From Pseudomonadota bacterium (GTDB lineage Bacteria > Myxococcota_A > Polyangia > Fen-1088): 64,000 nt of DNA. Location: NCBI GenBank assembly GCA_023438785.1, contig JAEXQJ010000307.1, forward strand, positions 2,093-66,092. Direction: 5' to 3'. The position numbers and the translations under genes were made by a program. Below, one piece after another: positions 57,653-64,000 of the stretch; position 1 is the stretch's first letter; the number at the start of each line of letters is the position of its first letter. The notes below the pieces were generated by a model. It ran no database searches. It saw nothing but the letters and a program-made list of their open reading frames with translations, and had not been told where the DNA came from.

Positions 57653-59446
57653 ATGCGTACCTTCCCTCTGGCGATGTGTAGCGTGGTGGCTCTCCTGTCG
57701 ACTTCTGCCCATGCGGGCTGGGCACGCGTCCTTCCCGGCTCCATTCAACGCGTGGCCGCCGCAGGTGATCGCGCGGCGGTCGTGCGCGACGGAACCGTCG
57801 TTCTTGTGCGGGAGGATGGTTCACCGCTTGGCCGCGTCGGGGGAGAGGACACATCGAGCGGGCCCCGCGAGCAAGGGGCGGCGGACACGGAGCGCCTGTT
57901 CGATCTCCTCGGAATCGAGGACAGCGAACGCGACGAGGATTGGGCGGCTGACGAGTTGGAGTCCGAACGCACCTTGCGTGCGCGGCGCGCGTCCCGTCGG
58001 CCCGCCTCGCTCAAGCCACGCGAGGCCGGTGTGCCCGTCGTGGCGAGCACGGATGGGCAGATCTGGATCGGCGTGCGCGGCGCTTTGTGGAGGCTGGACG
58101 AACGAGGTGAGTTGGCCAAGGTGATCAGCTCTGCACAGGCCATCGATCACCTCGCGGTGGGCTCGGGCGGCCGCATGGTCATGGCCAAGGGCGCACATCT
58201 CGTGTTCCTGGCCGGCCTGGATCACGTGCGCCACCACGTTGACAGCGAGGCTCCCATCCATCAGCTCGCCTTGTCAGCGAGCGGCCGTAGCCTGGCCTGG
58301 TCCGATGGCAGCAGCGTGATGCTCGCCTCTGACACCGACGCGCTTGCCGCGGTCTCGGTCTCTCTGCCCGGGCCAGCAAGGGCCCTGGCCTTCTGCGAAG
58401 AGACCCTGATGGTCCTCGAATCCGGAGGCCTGACGGCCATCGCATCGGACGGAACCACAGAGCCGCGCGCCTCCGACTTGGATGCCGAGCGGATCATCTG
58501 CTCCTCCGGCGAAAAAGGACCTTGGCTGGCGGTCGGTCCCGGGCTGCTGGCTTCCGGCGATCAGGGACGGACCTGGTCGAGTGTGCCCGGGCCGCCCCAT
58601 GCGCGCGTGATCGACGCGGCGGTGGGCGAGCGTTGCCTCTGGCTGGCCACAGACCGGGGCCTTTACTGCTCGTCCGCGCAGAGCCAACCGACGGAGGGAG
58701 CGGACGCGCCCACCCTGCCCCGACGACGGCCCCGCGCGGCACCCTGGTGGTCCGGGTGGCTGCCCGACATCGTCATCCAGGCGGGCCTGCACAAAAATGC
58801 GGGAGAGCGAGAGGTGCAGGGGCTGGTCTACGCGCGGCTACCCCTCGGCATTCGCCCTCTGGCCCCCGTCCTGGCCAGCGTCGAAGGGGAAGCTGCGCCC
58901 GCTCGTCCGTCGTTTTCCCTTCCGCCCGACGGCGAATCCCGATGCCTCGTCGAGTCTCGAGCACGCGCCGTGAGGTTGGCCATGGCCGAGCCCGAGCGCG
59001 CGCGCTCCTATGTACGTAGGGCGCGCCACGCGGCCTGGCTTCCCGAAGTGCGCGTGCGCGCCGAACGTCGCATCGGCCGCAGCGAGTCACTAGATATCCC
59101 TGCCGCCAACTCCTCGCTCTCTTCCCCTCTTGGGCTCGATACCGTAGATGACGTACGATACGAAGTGCGTGCGACTTGGGACTTGGCAAGGCTGGTGTTC
59201 AGCAGTGAGGAGCTCGCCGCGCAGACACAGGCGTTGCATATGGCAGAAGCGAGGCGAGACATTGAGACGACCGTGAGCCGGCTCTACTTCGAGCGCCGCC
59301 GGCTTCGCCTGGCGGAGGCGGTCGAGCCGCTCGCCGCCGCACAACGCGGGTTGCGAGTGAGCGAAATCGAATCCGAGCTTGACGCCTTGTCCGGAGGCAC
59401 ATTCTCGGCCTGCATCGAAGGCCGGGCCACACCAGGAGAGCCATGA
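57653..59446 (+). CDS. Secreted hypothetical protein (about 600 aa) with an N-terminal beta-rich region and a C-terminal coiled coil
   Basis: Signal peptide (MRTFPLAMCSVVALLSTSAHA). I recognise no catalytic motifs. An alternative ATG lies at 57629. Confidence 0.6.
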   Translation: MRTFPLAMCSVVALLSTSAHAGWARVLPGSIQRVAAAGDRAAVVRDGTVVLVREDGSPLGRVGGEDTSSGPREQGAADTERLFDLLGIEDSERDEDWAADELESERTLRARRASRRPASLKPREAGVPVVASTDGQIWIGVRGALWRLDERGELAKVISSAQAIDHLAVGSGGRMVMAKGAHLVFLAGLDHVRHHVDSEAPIHQLALSASGRSLAWSDGSSVMLASDTDALAAVSVSLPGPARALAFCEETLMVLESGGLTAIASDGTTEPRASDLDAERIICSSGEKGPWLAVGPGLLASGDQGRTWSSVPGPPHARVIDAAVGERCLWLATDRGLYCSSAQSQPTEGADAPTLPRRRPRAAPWWSGWLPDIVIQAGLHKNAGEREVQGLVYARLPLGIRPLAPVLASVEGEAAPARPSFSLPPDGESRCLVESRARAVRLAMAEPERARSYVRRARHAAWLPEVRVRAERRIGRSESLDIPAANSSLSSPLGLDTVDDVRYEVRATWDLARLVFSSEELAAQTQALHMAEARRDIETTVSRLYFERRRLRLAEAVEPLAAAQRGLRVSEIESELDALSGGTFSACIEGRATPGEP

Positions 59447-59886
59447 CCGAGAGGACCGAGGATCTTCGTCGTCACCGCCGCGTTGCCGTCGACGTGCAAG
59501 CCAACGCGCGCACGGAGGACGGACGAAAGCTGTTGGCTCGAACGCGCGATCTCTCTCGCTCGGGTATTTGCCTGCTGACGACCGATGCTCTCGTCCCCGG
59601 CGACAAGCTCGGCGTCGATCTGATCCTGTTGCTCGGGACCTCGTCCACATCGGAGCCACTGCCACTGCGTGCACGAGTGGTGTGGTGCACGCCCATCTCC
59701 GGTGCGTACCAGGTCGGCGCCATGTTCGAGGGCCTGAGCAAGAAGGAGGCGTCGTTCCTCGAGATGTTCTTGCGCTATCTCGACGGCACCATCTTGCCCA
59801 TGGGGGCGGAGATGGAGGCCGTCGAGGAGGGCGACGATCCTCTCACCCCACCTCCCGACATCGACAACGATCCCTTCCGCGGTTGA
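59443..59886 (+). CDS. PilZ-domain c-di-GMP binding protein
   Basis: RRHRR (RxxxR) followed by DLSRSG (D/NxSxxG), the canonical PilZ motif pair. Its ATG overlaps the upstream stop (ATGA). Confidence 0.75.
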   Translation: MTERTEDLRRHRRVAVDVQANARTEDGRKLLARTRDLSRSGICLLTTDALVPGDKLGVDLILLLGTSSTSEPLPLRARVVWCTPISGAYQVGAMFEGLSKKEASFLEMFLRYLDGTILPMGAEMEAVEEGDDPLTPPPDIDNDPFRG

Positions 59887-59895
59887 GCCGCCCGC

Positions 59896-61452
59896 TCAGC
59901 AAGCTCGCCGCAGGATGGCCTCCGCGATGCGCATGCCATCGAGGGCCGAACTGACGATGCCCCCCGCGTAGCCCGCGCCCTCGCCTGCGGGATAGACATT
60001 TTCAAGGGACGGCGACTGCAGCGACTCGGGATCGCGGAGGATCCGAACAGGCGCGCTGGTTCGTGTCTCGGCCGCTACCAGCACCGCATCTGCATGAAGG
60101 AAGTCCGGGAGGTGGTGAACCATGGCCGCCAATCCTTCCCGCAGGGACGCCGTAATGAATTCGGGGAGGACCTCATCCAACCGGGCATGCTGAAGGCCAG
60201 GTCGATAGCTCGACTTGGGAAGCTGCCCGCCTGGCCGATGGGCCAGAAAATCGGCCAGCTTCTCGGCGGGAGCCCTGAAGCCGCCGCCGCCCGCTTCGAA
60301 TGCAGCCGTTTCGATGCGGCGCTGGAAATCCACGCCGGCCAGCGGCCCCAGCGCATCGGGTCCAAAGTCGGCGGGATTCGTTGCCACGACAATGGCCGAA
60401 TTGGCGAACGGCGAGCTGCGTTTGGCCAGGCTCATTCCATTAACGACCACGCCGTCCATTTCCGTCGCGGCGGGGACGATCCAACCGCCCGGACACATGC
60501 AGAAGCTGTACACGCCGCGACCGCCGCCCGAGGCGCGCAATTCGTAAAAGGCGGGAGGCAGTTTTGGATGTCCCGCGGCCGCGCCGTACTGAATCCGATC
60601 AATGAGCTCCTGCGGGTGCTCGATGCGGACCCCGACGGCCGAGCCCTTTCGTTCAAGGGCGATTCCTGCCGAGGCGGCCCACGCGTAGACATCGCGTGCC
60701 GAGTGGCCGGTGGCCAGAATGACGATGTCCGCCGGAATTTCTTGTCCCGCGCGTGTGCACACCGCTCGGATTTTTCCCGCGTGTTGGGTAATCGCGCTGA
60801 ATTCGCTGTCGAACGAATACGCAACGCCCAGATTTTCCAAATGAGCACGAAGCGCCGTGAGAACCCTGGGCAATCGATTCGACCCGAGATGCGGCCGCGA
60901 ATCGATCTGAATGTCCTCGGGAGCGCCGAATCGAACGAGATCAATAAGGACTTGCGCAACACCCTGCCGGTCTTTCGATCTCGTGTAGAGCTTTCCGTCG
61001 GAATAGGTGCCAGCTCCTCCTTCTCCGAAGCAGTAATTCGAGTGCGGATTGAGCCGCCCGCGGTGCAGTTCGGCCAGGTCCCGACGGCGGGGCGCGACGG
61101 CTTGCCCACGTTCGAGAATCGTCGACGGCACGCCCGCCTCCGCGAGTCGCAATGCGGCCCACAATCCCGCGGGACCCGAGCCCACGATGACCACACGCGG
61201 GCGCGGAACACCGGCAGGCCAGATGCCCTCGCTCTTCCGAGGCGTCGGCGAGGAGAGCATTTCACCGGGACGGCCGATCTCGATGCGCATCTGATAGCCG
61301 ATCTCTCGGCGCTTGCGTGCATCCAGCGATCGGCGCAGCACCCGAACCGCGCCCACGTCTTCGCGGCGCCTGCCCAAGGCGCGCGCGGCGAGCCTCTCGA
61401 CGGGCTCGTCTAGAGAGTCAAGCGAAACGAAGATGTCGACGATGTCACTCAT
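59896..61452 (-). CDS. FAD-dependent oxidoreductase (COG2509-like)
   Basis: Rossmann GxGxxG (VVIVGSGPAGLWAALRLAEAG) and GEGGAGTYSDGKL. Start re-set to MSDIVDIF. Confidence 0.8.
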   Translation of the reverse strand: MSDIVDIFVSLDSLDEPVERLAARALGRRREDVGAVRVLRRSLDARKRREIGYQMRIEIGRPGEMLSSPTPRKSEGIWPAGVPRPRVVIVGSGPAGLWAALRLAEAGVPSTILERGQAVAPRRRDLAELHRGRLNPHSNYCFGEGGAGTYSDGKLYTRSKDRQGVAQVLIDLVRFGAPEDIQIDSRPHLGSNRLPRVLTALRAHLENLGVAYSFDSEFSAITQHAGKIRAVCTRAGQEIPADIVILATGHSARDVYAWAASAGIALERKGSAVGVRIEHPQELIDRIQYGAAAGHPKLPPAFYELRASGGGRGVYSFCMCPGGWIVPAATEMDGVVVNGMSLAKRSSPFANSAIVVATNPADFGPDALGPLAGVDFQRRIETAAFEAGGGGFRAPAEKLADFLAHRPGGQLPKSSYRPGLQHARLDEVLPEFITASLREGLAAMVHHLPDFLHADAVLVAAETRTSAPVRILRDPESLQSPSLENVYPAGEGAGYAGGIVSSALDGMRIAEAILRRAC

Positions 61453-61586
61453 CGGTCTCTCAGAGGGGAGGGAGGTTTCACGTTGGGAGCAAGAAGAGAG
61501 CCATACCATGGCCGAGGCGATTTGCAGTTGACTCAGCCCGTCTCGCCACGTAGAACGCCATCTTTCGACCCCGCAACATCATCTCC

Positions 61587-61602
61587 TGGCACGCTGCTGG
61601 CA
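61587..61602 (+). promoter_or_regulatory. Candidate sigma-54 (-24/-12) promoter TGGCACG-N4-TGGCA upstream of the lytic transglycosylase gene
   Basis: ctggcacgctgctggcat. GG and GC have the correct 12-nt spacing. There is one mismatch to TTGCA (TGGC). Confidence 0.35.
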
Positions 61603-61669
61603 TGTCAGGGACGTGAACCCGGCGCGCTCGCCGCGAGTTGCACGACAACCCAGATGTGAAGAGGTTTCC

Positions 61670-62593
61670 TTGCTATCGCGATTTGGTCAAACTCCTCTCC
61701 GTAGCGCCGTCGCCCTGTTCGCCGGCGCCATGACCCTGCCGGGGGTCGTGCAGGCCAACGTGGCCTCCCGTTCAGACTCGGGCGCGGTCGAGGCCGCGCC
61801 TGCCAGTCGCGCAGATCCAGAATGGCCCGACGAGGGCTGTCTCGCGTCGACGATCTGCGCTGTCAAGGACCGGGTGCGTTGGCGCACCCCGGCCTGGAAA
61901 CCAGATTTCTGCCAACAGATCGCGCATGGCGTGCTCAAGTCAGCGCGACGCCATCAGCTGCCGCCCGCTCTCATCCTGGCCATCATGATTAACGAGAGCG
62001 ACATGAACGAGAAGGCCTTCCGGACCACGGTGCGCGACGGTGCCGTGTACGCCAAGGACGGTGGTCTGATGGGCATCCGCTGCATCGTCGACAAGCACGG
62101 TCGTTGCACGAACGGCAATGTGCGTGGCCTCGCCTGGAAGGAGGTCATGGATCCGCTCACCAACATCGAGCTCGGCGCGCGGGAGTTGGCACGCTGGCGT
62201 GATGGCGGGGGCCTGACCAAGACGACGGTACGCGAGCGCGATTCGAATGGAATATCGACGGTGCGCGAGCGCTACGTTCCTTGCCAACACAAGACACACG
62301 CCTATTGGGCGCACTACAACCACGGTCCGGTGTACATCGACCACGGATCGCCTCGGCACTATCCGCATCGGATCGCGGTGCTGTATTACGCCCTGGCGCG
62401 CGCGATGGACATGGACACGAGTGCCCTCACCAACACGCGGCTCACCGTCAGGGATCCGGGCAAGCGACCGCGCACGGCGGACAGGCCGGTAGAGGCGCGC
62501 TACCGCAAGCTCTGCCAACAAATCCACGATGCGGGTTCAGCGTGCAGCGGGGTGCGGACCGCCGCTCTGCGGGCCCAGGCGGCCGCGAACTGA
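61670..62593 (+). CDS. Secreted lytic transglycosylase (SLT-domain) protein
   Basis: ALILAIMINESDMNEKAFR...GLMGI is the SLT catalytic Glu region. I prefer the TTG start at 61670 (GAAGAGG Shine-Dalgarno 5 nt upstream; signal peptide LLSRFGQTPLRSAVALFAGAMTLPGVVQA) over the track's GTG at 61613. Confidence 0.75.
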   Translation: MLSRFGQTPLRSAVALFAGAMTLPGVVQANVASRSDSGAVEAAPASRADPEWPDEGCLASTICAVKDRVRWRTPAWKPDFCQQIAHGVLKSARRHQLPPALILAIMINESDMNEKAFRTTVRDGAVYAKDGGLMGIRCIVDKHGRCTNGNVRGLAWKEVMDPLTNIELGARELARWRDGGGLTKTTVRERDSNGISTVRERYVPCQHKTHAYWAHYNHGPVYIDHGSPRHYPHRIAVLYYALARAMDMDTSALTNTRLTVRDPGKRPRTADRPVEARYRKLCQQIHDAGSACSGVRTAALRAQAAAN

Positions 62594-62645
62594 GTGCTCA
62601 GCAGCGGCGGGCTCTGCCCGATGGCACGAGCCCGCTATCTCCGTC

Positions 62646-63239
62646 TCAGGTCTTCGGCGTGAGCGTGATCTTCTGCGCGACGACCACCGGCTGCCCCGCG
62701 AAGGCCGGGAACCTCCATCGCATGGCCGCTGTCTGCATACAGCTCGTCATATCGGCGTCGACGGCCGGCTTCACCGCAACATCCTTGACCGCCCCCGTGG
62801 GTTTGACGGTGAGCTCAAGAACTACGGCCAAGCCAGCCTGGTACTGCAACGAAGAGTTCTTCTTGAGCGCGCGCTCGTAGCAGACCTGCATGGCCTGCGC
62901 GCCTTGCTTGACGACACGGCTCGCGTCCTTGGGGTTGAGATCCCCTTGGCCAATGGTGAGCTCATCGCCCACGGCGGGGCCGTCCTTCTTCCTGATCTCC
63001 GCGATGAGGTTGATGATCTCGGGGTCGGTCAGCTCAAGGCGGTTGGCGGCCCCCGCCACCGCGTGAGCGAGTTGCCCCTTGACCGTGGCGAGCTGAGTCT
63101 TCAGTTCGTTTGCCTCGCTTTTGCAGGCGACGACCTTGTCATTGGCTTCACTGACCCGCTTGATCAGGTCCGGGTCCGCTTCCCCTTTGCAGCCGACGAT
63201 GGAGAAGCCGAGGCCAAGCCATACCAGAGTGCTTTTCAT
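62646..63239 (-). CDS. Lipoprotein with a TonB-C-like / Myxococcales-specific C-terminal domain
   Basis: Lipobox (LGLGFSIVGCKG). The C-terminus is LELTVKPTGAVKDVAVK...MRWRFPAF. Start re-set to MKSTLVWL. Confidence 0.6.
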   Translation of the reverse strand: MKSTLVWLGLGFSIVGCKGEADPDLIKRVSEANDKVVACKSEANELKTQLATVKGQLAHAVAGAANRLELTDPEIINLIAEIRKKDGPAVGDELTIGQGDLNPKDASRVVKQGAQAMQVCYERALKKNSSLQYQAGLAVVLELTVKPTGAVKDVAVKPAVDADMTSCMQTAAMRWRFPAFAGQPVVVAQKITLTPKT

Positions 63240-63351
63240 GCTGCTAACGCTCCGTTGCGTGCTCACGTTGAGGCGATGAAGCGCCCGAGTCGACGAGCAA
63301 GAAGAGGGCTCAGGATCGCGCGTTTTGGACGTCTCCGCCAGTCCGCTGCCG

Positions 63352-63891
63352 TCAGCGCTGGCGAGCTTCTTCGTCCGAGAACTCGACCTTGCCGCTGTAC
63401 TGGGGCCCCTTGCCTCGAAGCCAGAACTCGGTCCTGGCCAGCACACGTGAGCCAGACTCCACGGTCATGAGGTACTTCTTATTGACCTCGAAATCGGGGC
63501 GCGCGACCGTCATGCTCGACGCGAAAATGCGGCTGCCCTTCTCGCGTGTGTATTGCTCGTCACCGGCCACGTAGCGCTGCACGCCACCGCCGACCTCCCA
63601 AAACTTGACGGTGATCTCGTTGTCGTTGAGCGGCCGGGCGAAGAAGGCGATGTATTCGAAATTCCAAGTCGCCACCTCGGTCCCCTTCTCTTCGGTGGGC
63701 CAGATCTTGTCGATGGAGTTGGCGCGCAAGGCGGACACGAACGCGCCCGCGGAGGAGAAGTGGCTCGGCAGCCGCTTGGCCGTGATGATGATCCTGCCCT
63801 TGAAGATATCCTCCGGCTTGGCGGCGTGGGCGCTGGCACAGAACAGGAGCGTTCCCAGAACGACCGCCACGATACGGTGAAGCTTCGACAT
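63352..63891 (-). CDS. Secreted hypothetical protein (179 aa)
   Basis: Signal peptide (VAVVLGTLLFCASAHA). No recognisable family. Confidence 0.55.
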   Translation of the reverse strand: MSKLHRIVAVVLGTLLFCASAHAAKPEDIFKGRIIITAKRLPSHFSSAGAFVSALRANSIDKIWPTEEKGTEVATWNFEYIAFFARPLNDNEITVKFWEVGGGVQRYVAGDEQYTREKGSRIFASSMTVARPDFEVNKKYLMTVESGSRVLARTEFWLRGKGPQYSGKVEFSDEEARQR

Positions 63892-64000
63892 CGCGACCCT
63901 CGTGCAGTGGTTGAAAGGACGTCAACCATAGCCGTTTTCACCGATCCGCGATGAGGCTTTTTTTGACCGAATCCCCCTCGCTGGTAGCGTCTTGCAAATG

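Overview
This is a chromosomal core segment of a high-GC genome (about 69-70% GC by eye) that looks myxobacterial. Several features point that way: many lipoprotein and secreted beta-propeller, PEGA, FG-GAP and HEAT proteins, paired outer-membrane beta-barrels, a Ser/Thr-kinase fused to a sigma-54 activator, and lysine/alanine/proline histone-like repeats. I infer the lineage is Myxococcota, possibly Sorangiineae/Polyangia-like, but this is not proven.

The window is almost fully coding, with about 55 genes. Many are housekeeping genes: gmd, argS, ppdK, an alpha2-type glyRS, recO, queE, rpsA, cmk, smc, ftsY, lipB, ddl, rpmB, ridA, trpBA, hemEH, a thiolase, gap and queG. Lineage-specific envelope and secreted proteins sit between them.

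I found no tRNA or rRNA genes, no CRISPR array, and no transposase or integrase. Positions 17689 down to 1 form one co-directional minus-strand gene run.

The most unusual locus is a 1640-aa single polypeptide at 30893-35815. It combines a Ser/Thr kinase, a STAND-like P-loop NTPase, TPR repeats, a GAF domain, a sigma-54 AAA+ activator with an intact GAFTGA motif, and a Fis-type HTH. It sits at the end of a six-gene minus-strand string that also carries a second Ddl-family ATP-grasp ligase, a GNAT acetyltransferase and lipB, and it is convergent with a paired-outer-membrane-protein and orphan RHH operon.

Other notable items:
- a PPDK carrying an N-terminal (KAAKAP)n histone-H1/AlgP-like tail encoded by an 18-bp tandem repeat
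- a transglycosylase (GT51) domain placed at the C-terminus of an AsmA-like membrane protein next to ddl
- a HARE-HTH / poly-acidic / Mrr-nuclease protein
- a tandem-duplicated 4-Cys zinc-ribbon mini-protein
- a secreted 600-aa protein translationally coupled to a PilZ c-di-GMP receptor
- two near-consensus sigma-54 (-24/-12) promoter candidates

Several long ORFs in the six-frame track are high-GC artefacts (antisense or alternative-frame shadows, or 5' extensions). I re-called those starts by hand. Coordinates of the re-called starts may be off by a few nucleotides.
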